Positions 1 through 11,090 of a stretch of 64,000 bases of DNA are shown here, in pieces. Source of the DNA: Nitrospirota bacterium. Lineage in GTDB: Bacteria; Nitrospirota; UBA9217. A program made the translations under genes and the position numbers. Within the stretch, counting starts at the first letter, position 1, and each line of letters begins with the position of its first letter. The notes beneath the pieces were generated by a model that was not told where the DNA came from, ran no database searches, and was given only the letters and a program-made list of their open reading frames with translations. Location: contig CAVTRN010000002.1 in the NCBI GenBank assembly GCA_963737155.1, forward strand, positions 608,001-672,000. Direction: 5' to 3'.

Positions 1-2699
1 TCCGAGTCTGGGTCGCGGGCAGCGCGTCCGGCGAGGAAGCGTATTCTATGGCTATATTGCTGATGGAAGAAATCGTTACGGCCCGAAAAAGCTGCCCGGT
101 GCAGATATTCGCGACGGATATCGACGATGAGGCACTGGAAATCGCCCGGCATGGAGTTTATCCGGAGAACATAGCTGTAGACGTGGCGCCCGAGCGCCTA
201 TCGAGGTTCTTCATCAGGAATGACCGGGGCTATCAGGTTAACGAACAGGTCCGCAAGTCCGTGGTATTTGCGTCCCAAAACTTGATCAATGACCCTCCCT
301 TTTCTAAGATGGACATCATTATTTGCCGCAACCTCCTCATCTATCTGGATGCCGAAACGCAGACTAAGCTCATTCCGCTATTCAACTTCGCGCTCAATCC
401 CGGTGGGTATCTGTTCCTGGGCAAATCGGAGGGAATCTGCGGTCAGAACGACCTGTTCGATGTTGTCTCGAAGCAGGCGAGGCTTTTTCGCCGCCTTAAC
501 CCAACCCGCCCTTATGTCTTGGATTCACCGATATTGCCGGGGAAGAAGAGGGCGCTGCCACTCGCCGGGCCAATAGCGGTTAAGCCTCCGGTGACCGCAT
601 ATGCGGACATAATCCGGCTGGCAATGCTGAATCATTTCGCGGCCGCCGTCGTATTGGTTGACCGAACGGGACAGATTCTCCAGTTTCATGGTAATACCGG
701 CAAGTATCTCAATATGCCTACAACCGAGCCCAGCCTGAACCTGCTGGACATAGCCAAGGAAGGGCTTCCCACACGGCTGCGCGCCGCATTTTATAAGACG
801 CTTCAGGATGGCATGACAGTTCTGCTAGATAATGTTCCGATCACTCGAGATAGAGATAGCTCATTCGTTCGTGTCACCATTGCTCCGGCGCCGCAGCGGG
901 GCAGCGAAGCACCGCTGTTTGCCGTGATCTTCGAGGATATTCCCCGTCCATTGGCTCCAGCGGCTGAGCAGATCCAAAGTGGCGAGAGCGAGTCAGCAGT
1001 AAAGCAACTCGAAGATGAATTGAGGGCTACGCGGCAGGAACACCAGGTAACTATCGATGAGCTTCAGGCGTCCAATGAAGAACTTCGGGTTTCCAATGAA
1101 GAGGTTGCCTCCACCAATGAGGAATTGCAATCCACAGTCGAAGAGTTGGAGACATCCAAAGAGGAATTACAATCAGTTAATGAAGAATTAAGCATTGTAA
1201 ACAGCCAGCTCCAGGAGAAAGTCGAGAAATTGGATGCAGCCAACAGCGACATCGCCAATTTTCTTGAATCCACACAAATTGCCACGCTTTTTCTGGATCG
1301 TGATCTGCTGATAAAGCGCTTCACTCCTGCGACTACGAAGGTCTTAAAATTGATTTCTTCGGATACGGGCCGACCAATAGGCGACCTGTCGACGAACTTC
1401 ACCAACTTCGACCTGCCGTCCGATGCCCGCTCCGTAGCGGTGCAGGGGAATGTTGTAGAGCGGGTAGCGCATCATGCGGATGGCTCGCGCTACCTGGTGC
1501 GCATCATGCCATACCGCATGCAGATGGGTGAGATTGCCGGTGTTATTATTAATTTTGGCGATATAACCCGGTTGAGCCGGGCTGAGCAACAGACCCGACG
1601 GCTGGCCACAGTCGTGATGGATTCCAATGATGCTGTCCTTCTGTTTGATTTAGATGGAAAAATCCTGACGTGGAACCGGGGTGCCCAGGATATGTATGGG
1701 TGGGGCGAGGCGGAAGCCTTACGAATGACCATTCGCGACATAGTGCCTCCCGACAAGGTCGCTGAAGCCACCGATATTTTCCGCCAGCTGTCAGCGGGGG
1801 AACGCGTTCCTTCTTGCGAGAGTCAGCGCATTACGAAGAACGGCCGTATATTGGATATCTGGCTGACTGCCACATCAGTGTCGGGCGAAGCTGGCAAGAT
1901 TGTGGAGGCGTTTGCCACTACGGAACGTGATATCGCCGAGAGCAAGAAAGCCGCGCAAAATATGTTGGCGCTTAACGAGCAATTGAAGCGCCGAGTCGCG
2001 GAACTGGACACTGTTAACAAAGAGCTCGAAGCCTTCACCTACTCCGTCTCGCATGACTTGCGAGCGCCCCTTAATTGGATATCGGGATTCTCCCAACTTC
2101 TCTTTGAACAATATGCGGACAGGTTTGATATGCAAGGCAAAGACTTTCTTACCCGCGTCAAAAATGGTTCGAACCGTATGATCCAGCTTATCGAAGACCT
2201 CCTGCGGCTGTCGCATATATCACGGCAGGATATCTCGTTTGTGGACTATGATCTGAGCGGTCTTGCTTCCAGCGTCGTAAAAAGCTTTCGAGATGCCGCT
2301 CCTGCGAGAAATGTCAAGGTGGTTATCGCTGGAGGTCTTCACGCTACTGTTGATCCCAATCTTATGAGGATAGCGCTTACGAACCTGTTTGACAACGCCT
2401 GGAAATTTACTTCGAAGATCGAGAATGCACATATAGAGTTCGGGGCCGCAGAAAAAGACGAGAAGACCGTTTATTTTATCAAAGACAACGGTGCCGGGTT
2501 CGATCCTTCCTATGCCGACAAGATGTTTCTGCCTTTCCACCGGCTTCATTCTGAAAAGGAGTTCGAAGGAATGGGAATCGGTCTCGCCATTGTCGAACGG
2601 ATTATTCGCCGCCACGACGGAAAAGTCTGGGCAGAGGGAGAAGTTGATAAAGGCGCAACAATCTATTTCACGCTGGGACAGGGAACAAAGAATAATTGA
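1..2699 (+). CDS. CheR methyltransferase-PAS-histidine kinase hybrid (CheB/CheR-fusion type), 5' end outside window
   Basis: The frame is open from the window edge (RVWVAGSASGEEAYSM). It has CheR motifs (IFATDID, DPPFSKMDIIICRNLLIY), a coiled coil (NEELQS repeats), PAS domains, H-box SVSHDLRAPL and HATPase boxes (NAWKFT, DNGAGF, GMGIGLA). Confidence 0.93.
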   Translation, partial: RVWVAGSASGEEAYSMAILLMEEIVTARKSCPVQIFATDIDDEALEIARHGVYPENIAVDVAPERLSRFFIRNDRGYQVNEQVRKSVVFASQNLINDPPFSKMDIIICRNLLIYLDAETQTKLIPLFNFALNPGGYLFLGKSEGICGQNDLFDVVSKQARLFRRLNPTRPYVLDSPILPGKKRALPLAGPIAVKPPVTAYADIIRLAMLNHFAAAVVLVDRTGQILQFHGNTGKYLNMPTTEPSLNLLDIAKEGLPTRLRAAFYKTLQDGMTVLLDNVPITRDRDSSFVRVTIAPAPQRGSEAPLFAVIFEDIPRPLAPAAEQIQSGESESAVKQLEDELRATRQEHQVTIDELQASNEELRVSNEEVASTNEELQSTVEELETSKEELQSVNEELSIVNSQLQEKVEKLDAANSDIANFLESTQIATLFLDRDLLIKRFTPATTKVLKLISSDTGRPIGDLSTNFTNFDLPSDARSVAVQGNVVERVAHHADGSRYLVRIMPYRMQMGEIAGVIINFGDITRLSRAEQQTRRLATVVMDSNDAVLLFDLDGKILTWNRGAQDMYGWGEAEALRMTIRDIVPPDKVAEATDIFRQLSAGERVPSCESQRITKNGRILDIWLTATSVSGEAGKIVEAFATTERDIAESKKAAQNMLALNEQLKRRVAELDTVNKELEAFTYSVSHDLRAPLNWISGFSQLLFEQYADRFDMQGKDFLTRVKNGSNRMIQLIEDLLRLSHISRQDISFVDYDLSGLASSVVKSFRDAAPARNVKVVIAGGLHATVDPNLMRIALTNLFDNAWKFTSKIENAHIEFGAAEKDEKTVYFIKDNGAGFDPSYADKMFLPFHRLHSEKEFEGMGIGLAIVERIIRRHDGKVWAEGEVDKGATIYFTLGQGTKNN

Positions 2700-2799
2700 T
2701 GAGGCGGAGGGCGAATAGGAGGAAAGTATGCCGCTATTATTTTCGACGGCCATCAACAGTCCGCGCTACACAGTCCTCATTCATACATAGGAGAGTATT

Positions 2800-3207
2800 A
2801 TGCAACCAGTAATCCTCATCATAGATGACAGCGAGGACGATTTCCTGTTAATGAAAGCGGCACTTTCGAAGACTAGGCGGAATTTCAGGACGGAAGTCGC
2901 CTCGAGCGGAGAAGCTGGCCTCACACTCATCCGGGAAGGGAAAACACCGCCTAAGCTGATCCTGCTCGACCTGAAAATGCCCAGGATGGACGGGATCGAG
3001 GTCTTGCGAAAAATACGCGATGACGAGAGTTTGAGCAGCATTCCGGTGATCATCGTTACGAACTCAAAGTTGGAATCGGATGAACAGGCAGCCTTAAAGG
3101 CGGGAGCAAACGGTTTTCTGCACAAGGCAACAGATCTCGATCAATTCAAGAGGGATATAGAGCGTATAATAGACCGTTGGTTGGACGCGAATGCACCTCA
3201 TATGTGA
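2800..3207 (+). CDS. Single-domain response regulator
   Basis: IIDDSEDD, LLDLKMPRMDG and FLHK motifs; GGAG RBS; lies directly after the kinase. Confidence 0.92.
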   Translation: MQPVILIIDDSEDDFLLMKAALSKTRRNFRTEVASSGEAGLTLIREGKTPPKLILLDLKMPRMDGIEVLRKIRDDESLSSIPVIIVTNSKLESDEQAALKAGANGFLHKATDLDQFKRDIERIIDRWLDANAPHM

Positions 3208-3504
3208 TATCAATTACGATTGTATGTTCCAACCGGAACATGTTAAATGATTCGCTTTATCGGAATTGCAAACTTTGGATGTGGTACGATGATGTAATCT
3301 TTAACAAAGTGTTGAAACGCGGTTGATCCATCAAGAGAATATTGAGGCAGTACGGGTTTAACTAATTCGTCAATTATCCAAATTGATACCCATTCACAAT
3401 AGCCCAGTCATATTGACCGACCAAGTGTCGCAATTTCGTCTTTTATTGCAGCGACTTATGATAAATATATTTATTTTCAGTGAGTTAAACCTATTGATAC
3501 TCTG

Positions 3505-3520
3505 TGGCATCGTGCTTGCT
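3505..3520 (+). promoter_or_regulatory. Sigma-54 (-24/-12) promoter candidate
   Basis: TGGCATCGTGCTTGCT has the correct GG/GC spacing, with an AT-rich IHF-like stretch upstream. It is ~130 bp before the 3652 gene. Confidence 0.6.
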
Positions 3521-3651
3521 TATTCAATATTGGCTCGTTCCGTCACAAAACAGCTTATTCAGGTGGTGACCACCTGTTACGCTAGGCTGCATCTGCCGAT
3601 ACTGCTCGGTCGTCCCCGCATGATCGACAGGATCTTGGGAGGTAGGAATCC

Positions 3652-4131
3652 ATGGAAGACCACCATAACAGTATCCATAACCCCGTCGGATCACCGACAG
3701 GAGATCAGCAGCAGACTATTCTGTTAGTCGATGACGACAATGAAAGCTTGCAGGACATGTCAGAGATCCTGCGGATGAGTGGCTACAGCGTCGCAGTCTT
3801 TCACGAAGCGCCTTCAGCACTTTATTTTGCTAACCGCGAAGTCAGGAAGTTCGATCTCGTAATAACCGACTATCGCATGCCGGGCATGAACGGCCTGGAA
3901 TTAGTTGAGGCCCTGAGACGTCTGCTTCCCGATGTACCGGTGATCATGCTCACTGCCCACGGTGACATCGACACTTATTTCAAGGCTTTCAAACTAGGCA
4001 TCTTCGAATACATCAACAAGCCAGTGAACGCGAGCGAGTTCCGCAGAATCGTAAAAGTCGCACTGGAGAGGGGCATTCATGAAAGGGCTCCTGCCATCCC
4101 GGAGGCCCTAACAGAAAACCCTGATCGATGA
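3652..4131 (+). CDS. Response regulator receiver protein
   Basis: LVDDD, ITDYRMPGMNG, MLTAHG and YINKP motifs; GGAGG RBS. Confidence 0.9.
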   Translation: MEDHHNSIHNPVGSPTGDQQQTILLVDDDNESLQDMSEILRMSGYSVAVFHEAPSALYFANREVRKFDLVITDYRMPGMNGLELVEALRRLLPDVPVIMLTAHGDIDTYFKAFKLGIFEYINKPVNASEFRRIVKVALERGIHERAPAIPEALTENPDR

Positions 4132-4455
4132 AGACGAACAATTATACAATGTTCTTTTCAATCATCGAAAGAAGATAATGCAAATCTTATTTTCTTAGGG
4201 CATTTACTGCATGGTAAAGAATGGGAAAATTATGAGTAAATATCGGGACAAAAGAATATTCAACGTCGATAAGAGACAATGTAATGTGTCATATAACATC
4301 TTGGGCTATTAAAAACTGTGATAAAGGGATCATGTTTGTGCTTGGGCAATCTATGAAAAAATGTCATTAAATTCAGACAATAAACAGAGAGGGAAAAAAC
4401 AAGCCCCGGTTGTTATGGCAGAAAGCCTGAGTTCGGCGAAAATCTTGCCATCATC

Positions 4456-5022
4456 ATGAATTCCTTTTATATCGAACAGTCAATCCTTAATGCCATGAAC
4501 AAAGCAATCAAAACAATGCAGGACGGCGGTAAACTGAGAATTAAAACCTACGCTGCAAAACGGCCTAGCCATCTTTTTGCCATCATTGCAATCTCTGGCG
4601 GCGGCCCCGGGATTGCTGCTCAGAACTCCAATGACATCATGTCGAATAGTAACGGCAATGGGAGAGGATTCGGGTTCCGCGTCACCCATAATATTCTCAA
4701 GCGCTACAGCGGCTACATGGAAATTGATCGCAGGAAGGATGAGGCAACACCATTTCGTTGTTCATCCCCGGTCAGTAAGACGCCCAGTAATCGAAATGAT
4801 AAGCAACGAAACAATTTTTTCGTAGACGAGGAACCAAAAGCCGTTGGAGTGTTTTCAGCGATATTTCAGGAAGAAGACAAATGCGATGAGATGGATCAGG
4901 GCGAGCACCGAGCGGCGAGATCAGGTCCATGGTCTCCAATATCAATCTCCGGAATAAAAACGTGCCTATTTTTTATTCATCGGGGCTGTTATATTCTGGA
5001 TGATGCGAAAGATTCCGGTTAA
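4456..5022 (+). pseudogene. Decayed histidine kinase HATPase domain plus start of a receiver domain
   Basis: Degenerate N/G1/G2 boxes (ILNAM..GGKLRIKT, GGGPGI, GRGFGF) are followed by a REC-like FVDEEP; conserved residues are eroded. Confidence 0.55.
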
Positions 5023-5055
5023 ATCAGACCGCGGAACTATCGCGGGGAGAGGACT

Positions 5056-7170
5056 ATGAAGAACTTGCATATAAATGTGCTCGCGATCGAAGACAATCCG
5101 GATGATGCCGAGTTGATCCGGCGGATGCTGGTAAAGGTGAGAGAGCCGTCTTTTACTTTCGTCCAGGCGCCACGGTTGTCTGAGGGACTCCAGGCCCTGC
5201 GCGAGGGCTCATTTGACATCGTGCTCCTGGACCTGGGGCTTCCTGATAGCCAGGGTATGGACTCGGTCCTGAAAATCAGGATGCAATCGCCTACTATCCC
5301 GATCATCGTATTCACCGGTATTAACGACGACGAGGTTGCCCTTAAAGCCCTGCACCTGGACGTTCAGGACTACCTGACAAAGGGGCAGATTGACCATAAT
5401 CTCCTGGTGCGCTCCATACGGTATGCCATCGAGCGAAGACGGGCCGTCGAAGCGCTTCGGAACAGCGAAGCGCGCTTCCGCCGCCTAAGCGAGAGCGGCA
5501 TTATCGGCATAGTATATTTCGATGCCGATGGGCGGATCATCGATGGAAACGATACGTTTCTCGCGATGATCGGCTCCAATCGCGAGGATCTCGAGGCAGG
5601 TCGAGTGCGGCGCTGGGGACGTTTGGTCCCGCCGGAGTGGGAAGCGAGAATGAGAGAAGCATCTGAGGAGTTCAAGGCGACGGGCCGCATCACGCCCTAC
5701 GAAACGGAATATATCCGCCGGGATGGGTCGAGACTCTGGGGTCTTTTTGGCGCAGCGAAACTCGATGGGCAGCCGAGCGAGATTGCCTTCATCGTGGACA
5801 TCACCGCACGCAAAAAACTCGAAGAAGAGATCACGCATATGGCCCACCACGATGTTCTGACTGGTCTGCCGAACAGGAGACTGTTTATGGAACTGATGCG
5901 TTTTGAGATCGCCGAAGCCCGCCGCAATCGAACGAAAACGGGCCTCATGTTCCTCGATCTAGACCGCTTCAAGGTGGTTAACGATACGCTGGGCCACGAG
6001 GCGGGCGATCAACTACTGAAGACGGTGGCAGAGAGGCTCCGGGCCACAATTAGAGATTCGGACGCCGTTGCAAGGATCGGCGGAGACGAGTTCAGCATCC
6101 TTCTTGCGGGCATCACGCGTCCGGAGGACATCACTGAAATTGCCCAGAAGATCCTGGACGCGTTTCGGGAAAAATGCATTATTGCAAACCACGAGTTCAC
6201 CATCACGACCAGCATGGGCATCAGCGTTTATCCTGATGACAGCGATACCATTGAATCGTTGTTCCGGTACTCGGACATTGCTCTTTACCATGCCAAGAAC
6301 CGGGGCAGGAATACGTTCGAGTTCTACGATCCGGACATCAACCGGCGATCAGTCGATCGGCTAAAATTTGAAAATGCCCTTCGTCGGGCCATGGCGCATC
6401 GGGAGCTCATGGTTTACTATCAGCCGCAGATCGACATTGGAACAGGGATGATTGTCTCGGCCGAGGCGCTTGTGCGCTGGAAGCACCCGGAACTGGGCTT
6501 GCTTGATGCAGGCCGTTTCGTACAGACCGCCGAGTCCATCGGGATAATCACGGACATTGATGAATGGGTAATACGGTCCGCTTGCATACAGCTCAAGACG
6601 TGGCTGGACGCCGGATATGCTCCCTTTTCCATTGCGGCAAACCTCTCTTCCCGGGCATTTCAAAACACTGGCTTTGCGGCTACGATAACGAGGATCATTG
6701 ATGAAACGGGAGTGCCCCCACATTGCATTGAAATCGAAATTACGGAAAGCGCTGCTGTAGTGAATATCGAGGGAACGATCGCCCGCCTGTATGAGCTGGT
6801 GCAGAAGGGGATCCGTATCACCATTGATGATTTCGGCACGGGTTATGCATCTTTGAACAATCTGAAGAGGCTGCCGTTTCAGAGGCTCAAAATAGATCAA
6901 ACGTTCGTTAAGGACATTGCTCACAATGCGGATGATCGGGCGATTGTCGGCGCCGTGATCGCAATGGCCCATCAAATGAAAATATCTGTTGTTGCCGAAG
7001 GCGTGGAAACTGCGGACCAGCTATCCTGCCTCACTGAAGCCCGGTGCGATGAGGCACAGGGATACTTCTTTAACAAAGCGCTGCCCCCTGGGGAATTCAC
7101 CAAATTGATGGCCGGACAAAAGCACCTGAGCGAAACGGCTATACCTAAGTTCAAGGCTTCCCGCTCTTAA
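5056..7170 (+). CDS. REC-PAS-GGDEF-EAL c-di-GMP signalling protein
   Basis: REC (LLDLGLPD), PAS, intact RIGGDEF, AEALVRW and DDFGTGY motifs. Confidence 0.95.
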   Translation: MKNLHINVLAIEDNPDDAELIRRMLVKVREPSFTFVQAPRLSEGLQALREGSFDIVLLDLGLPDSQGMDSVLKIRMQSPTIPIIVFTGINDDEVALKALHLDVQDYLTKGQIDHNLLVRSIRYAIERRRAVEALRNSEARFRRLSESGIIGIVYFDADGRIIDGNDTFLAMIGSNREDLEAGRVRRWGRLVPPEWEARMREASEEFKATGRITPYETEYIRRDGSRLWGLFGAAKLDGQPSEIAFIVDITARKKLEEEITHMAHHDVLTGLPNRRLFMELMRFEIAEARRNRTKTGLMFLDLDRFKVVNDTLGHEAGDQLLKTVAERLRATIRDSDAVARIGGDEFSILLAGITRPEDITEIAQKILDAFREKCIIANHEFTITTSMGISVYPDDSDTIESLFRYSDIALYHAKNRGRNTFEFYDPDINRRSVDRLKFENALRRAMAHRELMVYYQPQIDIGTGMIVSAEALVRWKHPELGLLDAGRFVQTAESIGIITDIDEWVIRSACIQLKTWLDAGYAPFSIAANLSSRAFQNTGFAATITRIIDETGVPPHCIEIEITESAAVVNIEGTIARLYELVQKGIRITIDDFGTGYASLNNLKRLPFQRLKIDQTFVKDIAHNADDRAIVGAVIAMAHQMKISVVAEGVETADQLSCLTEARCDEAQGYFFNKALPPGEFTKLMAGQKHLSETAIPKFKASRS

Positions 7171-7282
7171 CCGCGTCGCACCACGACGGATTAATCTGCG
7201 GGAGTACAGGTGATCGATCTGTTATATCCTGAATGATATGATGGGTTCTGTTTGTAATGCATGGTAACGACTCTTTCCTGGA

Positions 7283-7320
7283 GTCAAAGTGCCACGGGCT
7301 TAATCCCGTGGGTATCTACT
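7283..7320 (+). mobile_element. Orphan IS200/IS605-type end hairpin
   Basis: GTCAAAGTG-CCACGGG-cttaat-CCCGTGG-GTATCTACT parallels the right end of the IS200 at 50061-50098 (GTCAAAATG-hairpin-TTATTTACT). Confidence 0.5.
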
Positions 7321-7416
7321 GAAATTACATAACATACGTAGAATAATGTTTAAAAAAATGTTCGATACCCGAGATCGGTCTAAGATAAAAGGATAATTGC
7401 TTTCAAGACTTGCGAT

Positions 7417-8091
7417 ATGAACCAATTAAATGTAAAAACTCAATTTAATAATGCAGCTGCACTTTACGATTCACAAAGAAAAATATTTATTCCATTTTTG
7501 GATGATTATTACGAATCCGGTATCAATTACCTCTCTATAAACAATTTTAAACGCATTTTAGATTTAGGTGCTGGTACTGGATTGCTAACTCAGAAATTAA
7601 GAGAATATTATCCTGATGCTCAATATTCACTTGTGGATATTTCAGACAAAATGCTTGAAATAGCAAAAAAACGCTTTAAAAATATATCCGATATTGAATT
7701 TATAGCAAAGGATTATTCGGTTAATTTCCCTAAAGTAAAATCTGATTTAATTGCTTCAGCGTTATCAATTCACCATTTGGATGAATCAAAAAAGAAAAGT
7801 TTGTATAATAACATTTTCAGATCTTTAAATAAAAATGGATATTTTTTAAATATTGACCAATATAATTCAGAGAATAATAAAGTGAATGATCATTATGAAG
7901 AATTGTGGATTAGCAGTATTAAGGAATCTAAATTAAGCAATAATGATTTTAAGTCTTGGAAAAGGAGAAGAGCAATAGATAAAGAAACTACGGTTGAAAA
8001 AGAAATATCCAGATTATCAAAAATTGGTTTTAAAGAGGTTGAATGTGTATATAAATATTGGAAATTTGGAGTAATCGTAGGGAAAAAATAA
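7417..8091 (+). CDS. Class I SAM-dependent methyltransferase
   Basis: ILDLGAGTG, VDIS and SALSIHH motifs; markedly AT-rich relative to neighbours. Confidence 0.9.
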   Translation: MNQLNVKTQFNNAAALYDSQRKIFIPFLDDYYESGINYLSINNFKRILDLGAGTGLLTQKLREYYPDAQYSLVDISDKMLEIAKKRFKNISDIEFIAKDYSVNFPKVKSDLIASALSIHHLDESKKKSLYNNIFRSLNKNGYFLNIDQYNSENNKVNDHYEELWISSIKESKLSNNDFKSWKRRRAIDKETTVEKEISRLSKIGFKEVECVYKYWKFGVIVGKK

Positions 8092-8699
8092 GGTCTTGCA
8101 AGTCGCTTCACACTGAAACGTTCTATAACTTCTTTATGTAATCATTACGAGCGAAGCGAAATAAGGCCGGGGTTTGTAAGCTATTGAAAAATAAAGATTG
8201 CTTCCCTGGAAATTCTGGCCTAAAAAAATGATTTATAGCCACAACGACTTACTCACGCTATATCGCCTTGTGCCGAAGTTTTTAATCGACGTTTCCTTCC
8301 TGCCTCTCACGAGTTTGCAATCTTTGTCAACGCTGCAATTATCAAAACAGCTTTCGATTGTACATCTACCCATCCTTACCTAATATGGCAGCATTGACTT
8401 GAATCTGCAACAGGCATATATTTGTAAAAGATAGAACAAGGAATCAACCAGACCGGGGGTAAATGATTTGAGGTTTATGGCATGGCGGGTGAATAGGTCA
8501 TGAATAGTGTCGGTAAAAAAGCTGGACAAGTCATCCAGGTTGTTGATTTAAACAAAGATGTACGCACCACAAACACAAAGAATAAATCATTGGTAGGGGA
8601 AATGGTCCATATTGCACTGAATTATGCAGCAAAAGAATCTCCGATTGATTCTCGGCAGGTGTTTCCCCAGTTCATGAGATTCGTTCCAAGGCCACTGCC

Positions 8700-9980
8700 A
8701 TGAAACAGCTCAAATTGCTCTTATCGCTGATAATAATCATCGCATCGGTTATTTTATGCCATCAAATTATTTTAAATTCAATTTCCAACCAAAAAGACAA
8801 AACCGATTATGCCGAACTCAACAATGTCAAATACGGTCTTCTCAGTGTTGAAGAATGGAAACAACAAATTTTCGCAATTCTTACCGAGGAGATAAATAAG
8901 CTGTATTTGTCAAATACGAATGAGCGAGAGCTCCGAAAACATATCGAAGTTCTGTTGAATAAGCTTATTGATGAAGTCAATAATAAAATCAAGGAAGAAA
9001 ACAAAGGTTCTTTGGAGGGTCAGTTCAAACAATCTCTTATCAATATTCTTATCAGTCCGAAAGATATTAAGAAAGGCATTCCTGAATATGCGGATGCTAT
9101 TATTCATGAGATGACAAAATCGAAAACAATGGACCAGATAAAGGCCATACTGAACAAACAGCTTAAACAATATGTTAATCAGACCTTTGCCACGCAGGAT
9201 ACCTCTCAATTAGACCTCATTATTCTTCGGACTGGTTCCAAGGACATAGAAGACGCGAAGATCAAGCTCAATCAGGCAATTCCGATCAAGCATGATCTGA
9301 TTGTTAAGGAGGTTGTCCTGTTGATCATTCTGTCGGTCATTCTTTTTTGCTTGCCCGGTTTTAGCAGGCAACCCTTGGCTCCCTCCCAGTATATACTTCT
9401 CGTTCTGTCTCTAATCATGCTGCTGATAGCTGGCGTAACCACGCCCATGATCGATCTGGAAGCAAAAATTACGCGGATGAGTTTTGTTTTGATGGGGCAT
9501 CCCCTTCATTTTGAGAACCAGGTATTGTATTTCCAAAGTAAAAGCATTCTGGATGTGTTTTGGATTATGATAACTCATAATGATATTAAGATGAAATTTG
9601 TCGGGGTCTTGCTGGTTACCTTCAGTATTGTTTTCCCCCTGTTAAAAATAGTCTCGTCAATGGGATATTATTATAACTATCCCCGAGCAAGGGATAACCC
9701 GGTGGTCAAGTTTTTTGTCTTAAAATCCGGGAAATGGTCGATGGCCGATGTAATGGTGGTTGCAATATTTATGGCCTATATCGGATTTAACGGGATTATT
9801 ACCAGTCAATTCAGGCAGTTCAGTCGATCAAGCCTTTCAGACCACGGACTGGAGATCTTAACGACGAATGGCACCTCCCTTCAACCGGGGTATTTTCTGT
9901 TCCTGACTTACGTTCTATTGGCGTTATTTTTCTCAGGATTCCTGATCAGAAAACCTCCCCTGCCAGAAAACCAAAGGTGA
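8700..9980 (+). CDS. Paraquat-inducible protein A (PqiA)-domain membrane protein
   Basis: C-terminal TM region with FSIVFPLLK and GKWSMADVMVVAIF PqiA motifs. Confidence 0.8.
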   Translation: MKQLKLLLSLIIIIASVILCHQIILNSISNQKDKTDYAELNNVKYGLLSVEEWKQQIFAILTEEINKLYLSNTNERELRKHIEVLLNKLIDEVNNKIKEENKGSLEGQFKQSLINILISPKDIKKGIPEYADAIIHEMTKSKTMDQIKAILNKQLKQYVNQTFATQDTSQLDLIILRTGSKDIEDAKIKLNQAIPIKHDLIVKEVVLLIILSVILFCLPGFSRQPLAPSQYILLVLSLIMLLIAGVTTPMIDLEAKITRMSFVLMGHPLHFENQVLYFQSKSILDVFWIMITHNDIKMKFVGVLLVTFSIVFPLLKIVSSMGYYYNYPRARDNPVVKFFVLKSGKWSMADVMVVAIFMAYIGFNGIITSQFRQFSRSSLSDHGLEILTTNGTSLQPGYFLFLTYVLLALFFSGFLIRKPPLPENQR

Positions 9981-10001
9981 ACAGCCCTGAATCCCCGACA
10001 G

Positions 10002-10662
10002 AAACCGCGCCTTAAGGCCAAGGCGTATCTGATTCGGTTTGCGGATGATGCGATATCGGGGTTCGCAGGAGAGTAAGACGCCTTGAAGGCTACCTAAGCG
10101 GTTTGCGCGATACGGACTGTCACTCTATCCAGATAAGACCAGCGTGGTCAACTTCACCAGGCCGCTCCGTATCAACCCGCAAGCTCATGAGAAGGTGTCA
10201 TCCAACTTCCTGGGGTCCACGCACGATTGGGGAATGTCTCAGAATAGAACACTGTCAGTTAAGCGCCGTACGGAGAAGAGTCGATTGGTTCGGGCGCTCA
10301 AGAAAGTGGCTGAGTGGAGCAAGAAGAACCGCCACGCACCTTAAGTGAGCAATACAAGAACCTAACCCGGAAGCTTCAAGGGCACTACGCTTATTACGGA
10401 ATCACGGGCAACACTCATCCTCTTTTTAGTTTTGGCCAGCAAATTGTCTAACTTTGGAGAAAATAGCTGATGGGGTGGACACAGGGCACGTGGATTTCGT
10501 GGGAACAATTACATCGCATGCTGAAAGTCTATCCACTGGCACGAGTGAGAATCGTTCACCGCCATAATTAGCGAAACTATGACATGAAGAACCGAATGTG
10601 TGAATCGCACACGTGCAGGTCTGTCGGAGGCCTGGGCGGGTAACCGGCCGGGTCTGCCCGGA
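10002..10662 (+). mobile_element. 3' remnant of a group II intron (degraded RT/maturase plus domains V-VI)
   Basis: Reads KPRLKAKAYLIRFADDA (RT5), LSLYPDKT..F, FLGSTH and LQGHYAYYGITGN (X domain), broken by stops/frameshifts. Domain V GAACCG-AATGTGTGAATCGCACAC-GTGCAGGTC starts at 10589 and a domain VI-like hairpin runs to ~10662. Confidence 0.88.
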
Positions 10663-11090
10663 AACGCTTCTTCCTGATACTGGTGAAGTTCCTATTTTTC
10701 GAAACAACTCGATTTGCAACCTGTATACGACGCTCTGCGCAAAAATATGTTATATATGTGCACATCTAGAATCACTGATCGGTGAATATCCCCCTTACAA
10801 TATTTATTGTTTCAAGCACAATTCCTTCTTGTCAGCATTATTCACTCCCAATTGAATAACCTATCTGTAACGCAATCTTAACTTGAACTATGCAAAGATA
10901 CATGATAAAAAACAATTACCCATTCGATTCATACCTTTTTTGACTTATTTTTTTTATAATTAGCACTTGTTCACATGTGATGTTGGGCCCGGGGTTTCGG
11001 GGGGATAGAACGCAATATAGCACGATTATGGCTCGAAGACGCGAACTATTACAAATGGTTTATGATGATATATTCAGGAGGAAGCTCTCA

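Noticed and set aside
8115-8145. dif/Xer-like site beside the AT-rich methyltransferase (also TTATGTTA at ~20533 and ~25122)
   Set aside because: The spacer length is wrong or the XerC arm is missing; such matches are expected by chance in AT-rich DNA.
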